A stretch of DNA of 62,285 nt, counting the filler. It is 6 parts of 6 records of this genome, joined end to end, with 100 filler letters (N's around TTAATTAATTAA, not from the genome) between each part and the next. Parts side by side here need not be neighbours in the genome. Positions count along the whole stretch, not along the records: positions 24,155 to 32,688 come from DRR723986_4016; positions 32,789 to 40,114 come from DRR723986_4018; positions 40,215 to 55,107 come from DRR723986_4019; 3 more parts are not named here. One strand, given 5' to 3'. Made by a program: the position numbers and the translations under genes. This document shows positions 30,509 through 41,735 of the stretch, in pieces. How positions within the stretch are numbered: position 1 is the first letter of the stretch; each line of letters opens with the position of its first letter. The notes beneath the pieces were generated by a model. That model ran no database searches. It saw only the letters and a program-made list of their open reading frames with translations, and was not told the origin of the DNA.

Positions 30509-31624
30509 ATGCGCATTGGTGTTCCAACAGAAATCAAGAAACAGGAATCTCGTGTCGGCCTGACACCGGAAAGCGTCGGCGAGCTGGTCCGGGCTGGCCA
30601 CACGGTCGTCATTCAGGATGGCGCAGGCCTCGGGTCCGGTTTTTCGAACGAAGATTACACCAAGGTCGGCGGCAAGATCCTGCCGGACGCAGACGCCGTT
30701 TTCAAAGACGCCGAACTGATCGTGAAGGTGAAGGAGCCCCAGCCGGAAGAGACCGCGCGCCTCACGCCGGAGCATACGCTCTTCACCTACCTCCACCTCG
30801 CGCCGGACCCCGTGCAGGCCGCAGGCCTTAAAAAGTCCGGCTGCCTCGCTATCGCCTATGAGACCGTCACCGATGCGCAGGGCGGCCTGCCGCTGCTACG
30901 CCCGATGAGCCAGGTGGCCGGCCGCATGTCGATGCAGGTCGCCGCCTGGGCCCTGATGCGCACCAAGCGCGGCCGCGGCATCCTGCTGGGCGGCGTGCCG
31001 GGTGTCATGCCCTCCAAAGTCGTCATCATCGGCGGCGGTGTCTCCGGCACCCACGCGGCAGAGATCGCGGTCGGCATGCGCGCAGATGTGACCGTGTTCG
31101 ACCGCAACAATCGCCGCCTCGACGAGCTCGACAGCGAATTCCGCGGCAGCCTGAAGACGATGTACTCCACGGCTCATTCCCTCGCTGAAGCCATCAAGGA
31201 AGCCGATCTTGTTATCGGCGCCGTGCTGATCCCCGGCGCGGCCGCCCCGAAACTGGTCACGAAAGCGCAGCTGAAGACGATGAAGCCGGGCGCCGTGCTT
31301 GTTGATATCGCGATCGACCAGGGCGGCTGTTTCGAGACCAGCCACGCCACCACGCACGAAGATCCGATCTATGAGGTCGACAGCGTGCTGCATTATTGCG
31401 TGGCCAACATGCCGGGCGCCGTGCCGCGTACATCCACCTACGCCCTGAACAACGCCACCCTGCCCTTCGTGATGCAGATCGCGAACCTCGGCGCGCGTGA
31501 GGCGATCAACGCGAACCCGCACCTCGCCAACGGCCTGACGGTCGACGCCGGCAAGATCGCGCATGAGGCTGTCGCCCATGATCTCGGCGAAGACTATGTC
31601 CGCCCGGCCTGGCTGAAGGCTTGA
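30509..31624 (+). CDS. ald: Alanine dehydrogenase
   Basis: IGVPTEIK, KVKEP, FTYLHLA, GGGVSG, DIAIDQGGCFETS, YCVANMPGAVPRTST. Confidence 0.97.
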   Translation: MRIGVPTEIKKQESRVGLTPESVGELVRAGHTVVIQDGAGLGSGFSNEDYTKVGGKILPDADAVFKDAELIVKVKEPQPEETARLTPEHTLFTYLHLAPDPVQAAGLKKSGCLAIAYETVTDAQGGLPLLRPMSQVAGRMSMQVAAWALMRTKRGRGILLGGVPGVMPSKVVIIGGGVSGTHAAEIAVGMRADVTVFDRNNRRLDELDSEFRGSLKTMYSTAHSLAEAIKEADLVIGAVLIPGAAAPKLVTKAQLKTMKPGAVLVDIAIDQGGCFETSHATTHEDPIYEVDSVLHYCVANMPGAVPRTSTYALNNATLPFVMQIANLGAREAINANPHLANGLTVDAGKIAHEAVAHDLGEDYVRPAWLKA

Positions 31625-31651
31625 TCCCGGCCGAAGCCGACTGACAACAAG

Positions 31652-31684
31652 CAAAAGCCGTCCGGACACATCGGACGGCTTTTG
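31652..31684. terminator. Bidirectional terminator
   Basis: CAAAAGCCGTCCG...CGGACGGCTTTTG between convergent genes. Confidence 0.85.
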
Positions 31685-31708
31685 ATTTTTATACAGACCA
31701 AATCAAAG

Positions 31709-32242
31709 TCAGGACAGCGCCGCGATAGCGTCGTCGATCGTGGCGCGGGGACGGTCCAGAATCGCGCTGATCTGGGCGCGCTGCTCGATGGCCAGCCACA
31801 GGCCGAGCACTTCGACGTCCACGACGCGCCATTCGCCGTTCCGCTCGATCACTCGCCAGCGCACGGTCATCGGGTCTTCACCCTTTGGCGTGACCCGGGT
31901 TACGACGATGGAGTCGGTCGCGCTGCGGTCCGTAGACCCAAGCACAACGATTTCGGCTTCCTGGAACTTGTCGGCATTGTCCCGGAACGTGTCTGACAGG
32001 AACACGCTGAGCGCCTCGGTGAAGCGGGCTTGTTCGTCTGCACTGACACGGCGGGCATGCTTGCCAAGGGCGAAGCGCGCGACGGCGGCGATATCGATCG
32101 AACGGGTAAAGGCTTCTTCGCCTTTGACCGGATCGGAAATCTCGGCGGCAGCGCCTGCGATCAGCGCCTCGGCCTCTGGGCCTGCCAGCGCCGGCAGCGG
32201 CGCCAGGGCGATGACGGCGGATGCGATGAGCGTGCGGATCAT
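31709..32242 (-). CDS. MlaC/Ttg2D family periplasmic phospholipid-binding protein
   Basis: Signal peptide; VARFALG, WRVVDVEVLGLWL...QRAQ. Confidence 0.82.
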   Translation of the reverse strand: MIRTLIASAVIALAPLPALAGPEAEALIAGAAAEISDPVKGEEAFTRSIDIAAVARFALGKHARRVSADEQARFTEALSVFLSDTFRDNADKFQEAEIVVLGSTDRSATDSIVVTRVTPKGEDPMTVRWRVIERNGEWRVVDVEVLGLWLAIEQRAQISAILDRPRATIDDAIAALS

Positions 32243-33326
32243 GAAACTCAATCCTTCAGGTTGAACGACACACTAAATATGGCGTGCCACCCCGCTGAGT
32301 TCCCCGAGTAACTATATAGTAATCATGCGGATCGCGCATGAACCCGCCCTCTTGAAACGCCGGAATCCGAATCAGGCGCGGCTTTTGTGTCACATCGAAA
32401 CAATTCTGTTTCAGGCTGAAGCGATACAGACCCGTCTGTGTTTTGCTGGTCACAAGCCTCTGTGCCTAAAAGAGTTTTTGGTAAACCGGCCGGTAACCAC
32501 AAAAAGAATGTCCAAACAGCCGCCTGCAGCCGGGTCAAACGTGCGGACATCGGGCTTTGAAAAAATGAACCGGGAACCCGGGTGGTGCGCGCTGTGGGAT
32601 TCATACGGTCTTAATTTGTTATATTTTTTTGAATTTTCCACGACTGACTCCCAGAGAACTAGGTGTGGACTCTCAACAGGTTGTCCTCNNNNNNNNNNNN
32701 NNNNNNNNNNNNNNNNNNNNNNNNNNNNNNNNTTAATTAATTAANNNNNNNNNNNNNNNNNNNNNNNNNNNNNNNNNNNNNNNNNNNNATTGACCGGCCG
32801 CCTATCAAGTCTTGCCAGAGGCAATCCCGTCGCGGTGTCACTCTTGGCCTGATTAAAGCATGCTGGACGCCGTCCGAGTGTGGCTGAGAAGCCTCCGTCT
32901 TTGGCGGTGTTCTTCCCAGCCACTCATCATCGATATGAATCCGTCCCTACGCATCGATTCCAACCATTCATTGAACCGCTGTTCGAAGATCTTCGGGAAT
33001 GAGGTCATGGACTCCGGTAACGCCCCACTTTTCTGAAGCACATGAAGCCCGGCCGGAACATGAACCGGTGTGACCCGAGACCCGTTTCTCCTCCACATCA
33101 GCGTGGAGTCCTTCGGATGATATTTTTGGCCATATGCGGCCCGTGTTTGCAGTGTCATTTTCAGGGCACATTCGCAGGACGCGAGATTATCCGGGGCTGA
33201 GTGGTGTCTGTTTCGGTTGTGGTCACCCTTCCACGAGGTGATTTGAGATCGGTATTCGGAGAGCGATGTGAAGAGTATGAATTCGAGGCATTCGTCCCGG
33301 ACGCTTTCGTCAAGAAGGTGACCGAC

Positions 33327-36246
33327 CTAGAAACGGAACGTCAGGTTAGCCTTTAGATCATGCAACGCACTCTCTCCGGAGAGATAGCCGCCATAGGCAA
33401 CACCGAACGTGGTGTTTTCAGCGAGGTCGATGTCTAGCCCGGCATCGACGGTCAAGACATCGCGTGCGATAGGCGCGCCCCAAACCGTAAAGTCCGCGCC
33501 ACCTGCAAAACTATTTTGGACCGACGGGTTCAAAGGTCCGAAGGCGTGCTGCCAGCCGAGGCCACCATGAAAATTCACCGCCGCCTGGTCGAAGTTGACA
33601 ACACCAGCTGCACGCAAGCCAAGGGTCGTGAAGGTAGCTGAAGAGGTCGCGGCATTGACCGTCAGGGCGGCTGCGCCGCCGCTCTCGGTGAAACCGTCCG
33701 TGTGCAGGTTGACATGGGCCAGCCCCGCAAAGGGCTCGAGCGAATAGGCACCGAGATCAATCTCGTACCGGGCTTCAGTGAAGGCCTGGAGGGTTCGTCC
33801 GGTATAGTCCGCAGACAGGCTGTCGGAGAAATTGCCGACGGTGACATCGCGGTCGGTGTCGATGCCATGCCAGGAATAGGAGCCACCGAAACGCAGGGCC
33901 AGCGCGTTCACGTTGGTGGAGCCGTAGGCCCCGAATAGATAGCTGTCCACTTTCGACGTGGACGAGCGCGCCTTCACATCGACATTTTCCCTCTGGTATC
34001 CGCCCATCAGGCCGAGATGCACGGCTTCGCCCAGAACACCGTCGGCCCCAGCCAGGAAGCCACCGCTTGAGCTGGAAAGACTCGCTGTGTTTCCGGTCGA
34101 GGACCAGTCCCCAAAACCGCCGATCGCGGTCATCCAGAGGGCGCTGCCCGCAGCGGAAAAGCTGTCCCCATAGGTGGCGGTTTGCGCTGTGGCCCCACCC
34201 GGTTCCAGGTCTACCGCGCCCATATGGGTCCTGACGGCACGGCTTCGGTCGTAGGCGGCATTGCGCAGGAACCGTGCATCCTCGATCACAACCGTTGAAA
34301 GAGACGCGTGGATTTCGCCCGACAGGTCATCAAAAGCGGCGCGTGCGCCCGAAGCACTTTGCGAGATAACGGCGTCATAAAGGCTGGACCCGGTGCCGAT
34401 ATCCTCGATTGCAGACGCCGTCTTTGTCTGGTTGAGGGTCTGCGCGACACTTGTCAGGCTCGTGTCGTTACGGGTCAGCGTAAGATAGACATTCAGCGTG
34501 TCGTAGCTGAGCGCTCCGTCCAGGAAGGCGAAGTTTTCGCTCAAGGACCCGAAGGTTCCGGTAATCCCACCAGACGCGGTCAGGATAGTGTAGGTCGATA
34601 CAGCGGCATAACTGGAACCATTGTCAGTCCCGTTTTCGGCCAAAACAGTGACGGAGGCGCCACTATCGAGAGTTGCTGTGCCCGTTGCGGAAATCAGGTC
34701 GTTGTTCGTTCCAGCCGTCGTGCCGCCGTCATTGACCTCGACTTCGTAAACCGAGCCACTCGCGAAATTGACATCGCCGGAAACTGTTGTCGTGCCGATG
34801 GAATTACCCGGTGCGAACGTGCCGCCAGATTGAACAACAACAGACCCGACCGTGCCGGAGCCGCCGAGCTTGCCGCCCGTCACAGTTACGTCACCTTGTC
34901 CCATTGACTGAAAGCAAACCAGCGAGAATTTCTGTGCCGCCGGTATAGGTATTCGTCCCACTGAGCGTCAGCGTTCCTGCACCAGCCTTCGTCAGGCGGC
35001 CAGAACCGCTAACGGTGCTCGAAATGGTTGCGTTATTCCCGTTGGTATTTACGGTGCCGCCAGCGCTGCCGAGGGATATTGCGGTATCGAAGGCCAGATC
35101 TGTTCCGCCAACCAAGAGCGTTCCACCAGTGAAATCGGCAGAGGTTCCCGTGCAGCGGAGCGCGGCACCCGTTTTGGCCACAAAGGTGCTTCCACTCGCC
35201 AGAAAGTTGTCACCGTTGGCGCAGATACTCGGATGCAGGGGCCCACTTCCGCCGCCGATCGCCCCGACGGCTGTGAGAAGACCGGTTGAGGAGTCGATGC
35301 TGTAAGTGGCGACTCCCTCGCTCCCGCCCTGGACGCTGACATAAAGAAACGACCCGTCAGGAGACAGGGCAACCCCGTTCGTCTGGCTGCCGGTGGAATA
35401 AATGGCGACAGTGGTGTTCGTTGCCGCATCGATGACGGAAAGGTTCCCGGTCGACCGGTTCGCGACGTAAACGAAACTTCCGTCAAGGCTGGTGGTGACG
35501 CCGTCTGGTCCGAAACCGTCGGTGGCGCCGAAGCTCACGCTGACGGTTGCGGTCACGGTGTTCGTTGCCGTGTCGATGACCGAGACATTATCGTCGGAAA
35601 AATTGGTAACGTAGACTTGCGACCCGTCCGGACTTACGGTCACGTCAAGCGGCTGGTCCCCGACGGAAATGGTTGCGCTGATCGCGTTTGTGGCGGTGTC
35701 GATCACATTTATCTCGTCCTGGAACTGGTCGACAACGTAGAGCGTCGATCCGTCCGGGCTTAAAGCCAGATCCCTGTTACCGCTTCCTGCACCGGTGTCG
35801 ATACTTGTGCCGGCCGTCAGCAGGCCTGTGATCGGATCGGCGGACAGGACCGTCACCTCGCCATCGCCATTCGCCGTGTAGAACGTCGTTCCGTCCGGGC
35901 TAACGACCATGCCAGACGGCTGGGTTCCGGCAGCAATCGACTGGACTACCGTCTGCGTGGCCGTGTCTATGACGCTGATTGTATTGGACGACCTTGCGGC
36001 CACATAGGCGAAGGCCTGGTCCGGACGGACATAGTTGAAGAGCAGCGTAAACCCGAGGCCGCTGATCGTCGTGGTAGCCGACAGGGTCCCGTCGCTCTGG
36101 GTCGTGTAGACACTGACCGTGTTATCGCCGAAATTCGGAGAATAGACCAGCAGCCCTTCCTGCGCCTGAACTGACGTCGCTGCCAGACCGGCTATTGCAA
36201 CAGTTGATAGTAGCAGGCTTCGGCGACTTTTGAATGAAGTCATCAA
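33327..36246 (-). pseudogene. Autotransporter (YVTN beta-propeller + PATR repeat + beta-barrel), split by a frameshift near 34895
   Basis: ORF 34891-36246: signal peptide, SPDG..YV/VSVIDTATN repeats, LTKAGAGTLTLSGTNTYTGGT. ORF 33327-34961 continues GDVTVTGGKLGGSG..APGNSIG to a barrel ending LTFRF. Confidence 0.85.
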
Positions 36247-36879
36247 TTTCTCAGGTGCGCTATTTGCACCACTCCTCCAGCAAACGGCAAGGGTATTGCG
36301 CTCCGTTTGAATCGGTAAGACCGTAACATCAAATCCGAGGTGTCTTACAGGAAAAAAATCCAGATCTAAATCTTTAGCAATTTACATCATAAAAATAAAA
36401 GTAATTCTCATTCCGAGAAAGCTGGAATATCTGAGCCGTTACTGAGTATTGGCGCTCATTTTTTGAGTTTAATTTACTGCCAACTAATTCTATTCACGAA
36501 AAGTTCGATTTTTTGTGCTAATCGCCATTCTTCCTAATGTGTTTATTCAAGAAATATTTGAAGTTAAATTTCTAATCTATAAATCGTCTTAGTTGTAACA
36601 ATAAGCTTCTCTACCGGATGACGGCGATTGGAATTCCTAAAGCAAAAACCGACTTTCTCCTTTCGGCCCCCTTTGGTCATTCGTTCCGGCCACAGCGAAT
36701 GTCCGCTCTCCGCCCTATATGGACCTTTGTACGCCCCGCAATGCACGACAGCTTTAAAGATCACGCCGAAAGCTTGTGATTGACCGAAATAGGGAGGCGA
36801 AGCCGACGGTTGGCGGCATTCTGCACATAGGAAATTGCCATGTAATGCGCCGCCCCGCGGTGTGTTGGGCCGCACGTTT

Positions 36880-36993
36880 TCAAATCTGAGCATGTTCCGC
36901 TGATTACAGGTCATCATCGATGTCCACGCCAGATACCTGACGGTGTTTTCAATCTTGGTGTGCCCCATCAGGATTTGAATTGCGCGAATGTCT
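36880..36993 (-). pseudogene. Tyrosine recombinase C-terminal relic
   Basis: DIRAIQILMGHTKIENTVRYL then, after a 1-nt shift, VDIDDDL*SAEHAQI*; box II H...Y motif; no N-terminal part. Confidence 0.8.
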
Positions 36994-37068
36994 GCGATCA
37001 GGCTCGGTGCAGCGGAGCCAGTCTTTCGGCATCTTCAGATTTAACCGATGCTGAGAGTTATTTTCCCT

Positions 37069-38157
37069 TCACACCAGTGATTTAACCTTGAAGGCAGGAA
37101 ACACGCGACCGTCAAAGAGCTTTCTCGCGGTTCTCATGACGCCGGCTCCGGTGACGCCACCGGAGGCATTCTGTTCGATCAGCACTTCCGCGGCACCGCT
37201 CGGATGCTCAACCTTGAAAACGCCGTCGTTCGGCAGCCTGGCACAGTCTGCGGCCGGGCCGGTTGCAAGCGTGCAGGCAGTGGCAGCCGTTACGGCACCA
37301 AAAACGCCGATGGAGGCATGGCATCGGTGCGGAATGAGGCTACGGGTCGAGATTGTCCCTCCCCCCATAGGTGGTGAGACCAGAGTCATTTTCGGCACCG
37401 ATTTATCGGTGACATCGTCGAGGTTCATCAAGGGTCCGGCTTTCAGGCGGATTGCCTCGATGCGGGCTTTCAGCGCTTCGTTGCCGTCGATCTCCTCACG
37501 GCTTTCAGTTCCCGTCAGGCCGAAATCGGAGGCGCGGAGGATTACGCAGGGCATGCCGTTGTCGATCAGCGTGACTTCGACCCCATCGATAGTGTCGGTC
37601 TCGTTTCCTGTCGGCAGCAGAGCGCCGCACATGGCGCCGGCAATGTTCTGGAAGAACAGTGGTACCGGCGCGTGATGGCCGGGGACACCGGCAATCGACG
37701 TTGACCCCGCATAGCTGACGCGGCCGCCAGGCGTTGTCACTCTGGCAACTGCCGTCTCGCCAGAATTTACCATATGGATACGGACCGGCGTCTCACCTTC
37801 TTCCGCCTTTACCAAGCCGCGTTCGATCGCGAAGGGAGCAACCGCTGCCAGGATGTTACCGCACGCTTGCGCATCGGTAACGACCGCCCGGTCGACGAAA
37901 ACCTGTAGAAACAGATAGTCGATATCCGCATCATCGCGTGTCGGCGCACTGACAATGGCCGCCTTCGAGGTCAGCGGATCGGCACCGCCTATGCCGTCGA
38001 TCTGGACCGGGTCGGGCGAGCCCATGATACGAAGCAGAAGTGCATCGCGTTCCTGAGGGTCGGAGGGCAGGTCGGACGCCAGAAAAAAGGCCCCCTTCGA
38101 AGTGCCACCACGCATCCAGAGACAGGGAATGCCGTCGATTTCGAAAGCTTCAGACAT
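37069..38157 (-). CDS. galD: 4-oxalomesaconate tautomerase (PrpF/GalD/LigU family)
   Basis: [39 protein letters not shown]; pathway context. Confidence 0.88.
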   Translation of the reverse strand: MSEAFEIDGIPCLWMRGGTSKGAFFLASDLPSDPQERDALLLRIMGSPDPVQIDGIGGADPLTSKAAIVSAPTRDDADIDYLFLQVFVDRAVVTDAQACGNILAAVAPFAIERGLVKAEEGETPVRIHMVNSGETAVARVTTPGGRVSYAGSTSIAGVPGHHAPVPLFFQNIAGAMCGALLPTGNETDTIDGVEVTLIDNGMPCVILRASDFGLTGTESREEIDGNEALKARIEAIRLKAGPLMNLDDVTDKSVPKMTLVSPPMGGGTISTRSLIPHRCHASIGVFGAVTAATACTLATGPAADCARLPNDGVFKVEHPSGAAEVLIEQNASGGVTGAGVMRTARKLFDGRVFPAFKVKSLV

Positions 38158-38821
38158 ATTTCAGGCCCTTCTCTGCAAGCCGTGGTCGCATGTCATAGAT
38201 ATCGAGCCCAAGTTCCCCCGCCGCAAGCCGTTTTCGCTTGGCTTCTTCGGCTGCAAGACGCTTTTCGGCGGCGGCGAGAACGATTTCCGCATCCTCTCGG
38301 CGCACAACACAGACGCCGTCCTCATCGGCGACGATGACATCGCCGGCATCGATCGCCTGTCCGGCACAAACGATGGGCACGTTCACTGAACCTAGAGTTT
38401 CCTTGACCGTTCCTTGCGCCGAGATCGACTTAGACCAGACGGGAAAGCCCATTGCAGCCAGATCGGCCACATCGCGTACGCCGGCATCGATCACCAGTCC
38501 TCGGCAGCCACGTGCCATGGCCGAGGTTGCCAGGAGATCACCGAAATAGCCGTTATCGCAGGGACTGGTTGGAGCCAGCACCAGGATGTCACCTTTGCCG
38601 AGCTGTTCGATAGCAACGTGCAGCATCCAGTTGTCGCCCGGAGGCGCGGAAATGGTAACGGCGGAGCCTGCAATGCGAGCGCCTCGGTAAATGGGGCGCA
38701 TGTAACTGGCAAGACAGCCGATGCGTCCCTGGGCCTCGTGCACGGTCGCAACGCCTGCCGCACCGAGAGCCTTGATCACCGCGCCATCGGCACGTTGGAT
38801 ATTGGTTCGGACGATACCCAT
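38150..38821 (-). CDS. ligK: 4-carboxy-4-hydroxy-2-oxoadipate aldolase (HMG/CHA aldolase)
   Basis: [54 protein letters not shown]. Confidence 0.93.
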   Translation of the reverse strand: MGIVRTNIQRADGAVIKALGAAGVATVHEAQGRIGCLASYMRPIYRGARIAGSAVTISAPPGDNWMLHVAIEQLGKGDILVLAPTSPCDNGYFGDLLATSAMARGCRGLVIDAGVRDVADLAAMGFPVWSKSISAQGTVKETLGSVNVPIVCAGQAIDAGDVIVADEDGVCVVRREDAEIVLAAAEKRLAAEEAKRKRLAAGELGLDIYDMRPRLAEKGLKYV

Positions 38822-38830
38822 GACGAAATC

Positions 38831-39784
38831 CTATTTCCTGGTCGGCGGTGTGCCGTGGGTGTGGAAGGTTTCGATGGTCTTCAGACCCCAAGCCTGTCCT
38901 TTTTTACGGTCCGCCTCTGTCCAGCAGACCGGTTCCCAGTCGGGTGCGAGGATCAGCCGAGCGCCAGCATTGGCAAGCTCGACCCGATTGCCGGCCGGTT
39001 CCCAGACATAGAGGAAGAAGGTGCCCTGGATCGCATGTTTGTGCGGCCCGGTTTCGATATGAACGCCGTTCTGAAGGAAGATATCGGCGGCCCGCAGAAT
39101 GTCTTCACGCTGGTCGGTCGCATATGTAACGTGATGCAGCCGCCCGGCACCGCCGCCATGTTCTTCCGTGCAAGCAAGATCGTAAGTCTTGTTGTTGACC
39201 GTGAACCAGCAGCCGCCGATCCGGCCATTGTCGAGCTGGATATATTCCGTCACCCGGCTGCCAAGGCAGGTTTCCATGAACTGGCGGAACTCGCTGACGT
39301 CTTCGGACAGCAGGTTGAGGTGATCAAGTCGTCGCGGCGCTGCGCCGGTAAAGGCGGAGGCAGTGTTCTTGAGTGCCGCCTTCTCTGTATCCTGTTGTGG
39401 CTTGAACCATTTGGTTTCGTAGTAGATTTCGAACACGTGGCCAAACGGGTCCTCGAAGCGGAAAGCGCGGCCATGGCCAAGATCACCGGGCACCCAGCCG
39501 TGCACCTTGTAGCCAGAGCCCTCGATAGCACGGACACGCCGGTTGAGCGCCTCCGGTGAGGCAGCACGATAAGCCACGTGACCGATGCCCGTGGTCGTGT
39601 GACGCGTCAGCTTCAGCGAATGGAATTCGTAGTCGTCCCAGGCCCTCAAGTAAGCGGATGTCTCGTCCTCACCGGAAAGCGTCAGGCCGTAGACATCGGT
39701 GAAGAAGGCTAGGCTTTCCTCATAGCGGTCGGTGTACATCTCGAGATGGCCCAGATGGGCGACATCATTGCAATGATCCGGCAT
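38831..39784 (-). CDS. VOC-superfamily (XylE-like, type I) extradiol dioxygenase
   Basis: RLDHLNL, RLHHVTY, GPHKHAIQGTFFLYVWEPAGNRVE (His/His/Glu triad and Tyr). Confidence 0.9.
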   Translation of the reverse strand: MPDHCNDVAHLGHLEMYTDRYEESLAFFTDVYGLTLSGEDETSAYLRAWDDYEFHSLKLTRHTTTGIGHVAYRAASPEALNRRVRAIEGSGYKVHGWVPGDLGHGRAFRFEDPFGHVFEIYYETKWFKPQQDTEKAALKNTASAFTGAAPRRLDHLNLLSEDVSEFRQFMETCLGSRVTEYIQLDNGRIGGCWFTVNNKTYDLACTEEHGGGAGRLHHVTYATDQREDILRAADIFLQNGVHIETGPHKHAIQGTFFLYVWEPAGNRVELANAGARLILAPDWEPVCWTEADRKKGQAWGLKTIETFHTHGTPPTRK

Positions 39785-39792
39785 TGGAGACC

Positions 39793-40114
39793 TCAGAGTT
39801 CGTCTACGGTGCGCGGAAAGATCGACTGAAAGCCTTCCGCATATTTGCAGTCCCGGCCACCTGACTGGCCGCCGGAATTGCGTTTGAAATGGTTGGCTCG
39901 GTTGATCGCGACGCGGGTGTAATAGTCCCAGAGATGTTCCTGGCCAGCCATGCTTTCGATGGCCGCACGCTTCTTTTCCCAGACGGATGTGATGTCCAGG
40001 AACGTGTCCGGCTTCCAGCCCATCTGCTCCGTCTGGTGCGGTTCAAAGAGGTAAAGCTGCGGCGCACCGAGCACTTTTTCACCCGGGTTGTGGCCCCAGG
40101 CCTGTGCGATCATC
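39793..40114 (-). CDS. galB: PIG-L family 4-oxalomesaconate hydratase (GalB-like), C-terminal fragment
   Basis: AQAWGHNPG, FEPHQTEQMGWKPD, LDITSVWEKK, GQEHLWDYY, YAEGFQ. Confidence 0.85.
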
Positions 40115-40214
40115 NNNNNNNNNNNNNNNNNNNNNNNNNNNNNNNNNNNNNNNNNNNNTTAATTAATTAANNNNNNNNNNNNNNNNNNNNNNNNNNNNNN
40201 NNNNNNNNNNNNNN

Positions 40215-40260
40215 CAATCCGTTATGAGCGGACGGCTCTAACCAATTGAGCTACAGGCCC
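40215..40260 (-). tRNA. tRNA with CAT anticodon, probably tRNA-Ile2 (lysidine), 5' part only
   Basis: Minus strand GGGCCTGTAGCTCAATTGGTTAGAGCCGTCCGCT-CAT-AACGGA: acceptor 5' strand, D arm, anticodon arm; cut by contig edge. Confidence 0.85.
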
Positions 40261-40517
40261 ACGGCAGGGCGAAGCCTTTGCAAGGCCCTGCGTCTGGTTC
40301 CCTATACCATGGCCAATCTCCGGGGCAAGTGCTTTGCAACGGCAGGGTGAAAAAGGTTGGGAAACTGGCGCGGTGGAAGCGTTTCTCAGGAGGTCTGGAT
40401 CGCCTTAATGGAAAAAGCGGTTCCGTTCGCCTGCGCCATCGGGTCTAAATGAGGCAGCCGGGCCTTTGACGAGTCGCCCGAGGAACAGACCTGCCAAACT
40501 CGCCCGCCGGAGCCACC

Positions 40518-41585
40518 ATGCGATCACCGCTTCTCACCGCCACGCTGAGTGTCCTGCTTGTGTGCATGATCGGCTGGCTGCTGGTGGTCGGGCGGTCCCT
40601 CATCCTGCCGTTCGTGATAGCGCTGATCGTCTGGTACATGATCAACTCGCTGGCACATGTCTTTGCGCATATTCCGCTTGGCCGCTGGCGCCTGCCCCGT
40701 TTGGTGTCGTTTTCACTGGCGTTGCTGACGATCTTCTTTGCCAGCACCGTGGTGCTCGACATCGTGACCGTCAATCTCACCCAGCTTGCACTGGACGCAC
40801 CAACCTATCAGCGGCGGCTGGAAGAACTCTTCACCCAGGCATCCACCCAACTGCACCTTAATGATCCGATCGAGTTGAAGGACCTTCTGCCCGATTCCAT
40901 CGTACCGCGCATGGTGACCGCGGGGGCGAGCCTGGTGACGACGCTGGCCGGGTCGGCCAGTCTTGTGTTCATTTATGTCCTGTTCCTGGTGCTCGAGCAG
41001 TCGACATTCGACCGCAAGTTCGAGCGCCTGTTTCCTTCGCCCGAGCGGGCGGAAGCCGCGTTTGCCATGCGGGCCGAGATCAACCGCTCGATCATGCATT
41101 ATTTCTCGATCAAGACCGCCGTCTCCGTTGCCACGGGCGTTTTGACCAGCCTTGTTCTGATCGCCATCGGCCTGCCTTACGCGGCCTTGTTCGGCTTCAT
41201 CGCCTTTCTGCTCAACTACATTCCAACCATCGGTTCGCTGATCGGCGTGATCTTTCCCAGCCTCCTGGCGGTGGTCTATTACGACACGCTGGGTCCCTTC
41301 ATCGCAATTGCGACGGGCCTCGGCCTCATCCAGTTCACCATCGGCAATCTGGTCGAACCGCGCCTGATGGGATCCAACCTCAATCTGTCAGGCCTTGTCA
41401 TCATGTTGTCGCTGGCCTTCTGGGGGGCGATCTGGGGTGTTGTCGGCATGGTTCTGTGCGTCCCGCTGACGGTGATGATCGTGATCGTCTGCGCCCGTTT
41501 CGAAGGTTCCAGGCCGATTGCGATTCTGTTGTCGCAGACCGGCGAGGTCGGCGGCCTGTCGGGCAAGACCGGCACCACGGGTTAG
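40518..41585 (+). CDS. AI-2E family transporter
   Basis: AFLLNYIPTIGS, GNLVEPRLMG, WGAIWGVVGMVLCVPL. Confidence 0.92.
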   Translation: MRSPLLTATLSVLLVCMIGWLLVVGRSLILPFVIALIVWYMINSLAHVFAHIPLGRWRLPRLVSFSLALLTIFFASTVVLDIVTVNLTQLALDAPTYQRRLEELFTQASTQLHLNDPIELKDLLPDSIVPRMVTAGASLVTTLAGSASLVFIYVLFLVLEQSTFDRKFERLFPSPERAEAAFAMRAEINRSIMHYFSIKTAVSVATGVLTSLVLIAIGLPYAALFGFIAFLLNYIPTIGSLIGVIFPSLLAVVYYDTLGPFIAIATGLGLIQFTIGNLVEPRLMGSNLNLSGLVIMLSLAFWGAIWGVVGMVLCVPLTVMIVIVCARFEGSRPIAILLSQTGEVGGLSGKTGTTG

Positions 41586-41735
41586 GCCTCCAGGAAAGAT
41601 TTTCAAACGACTTTCGAGGACATCTGCCGGGTTTTGCCGATGAACGGCAGATGAACACAACCGTCATTACGCCGCCGCAATCACAAGCGAGTGTCCGGCC
41701 ATCGAACAAACTGTTTCCATCAAGGATAAGTTCAT

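Noticed and set aside
32256-32688. Short ORFs at the end of fragment 3
   Set aside because: Overlapping, motif-less ORFs in what looks like a promoter region of a gene beyond the contig edge
32853-33158. 101-aa ORF at the start of fragment 4
   Set aside because: No recognisable motif or clear RBS; possibly gene debris
34891-34900. Programmed frameshift or phase variation in the autotransporter
   Set aside because: No slippery heptamer, homopolymer or tandem repeat at the junction
36564-36968. 134-aa ORF as an intact integrase
   Set aside because: Only the first ~12 residues match the integrase tail; the rest is read-through into non-coding DNA after a frameshift
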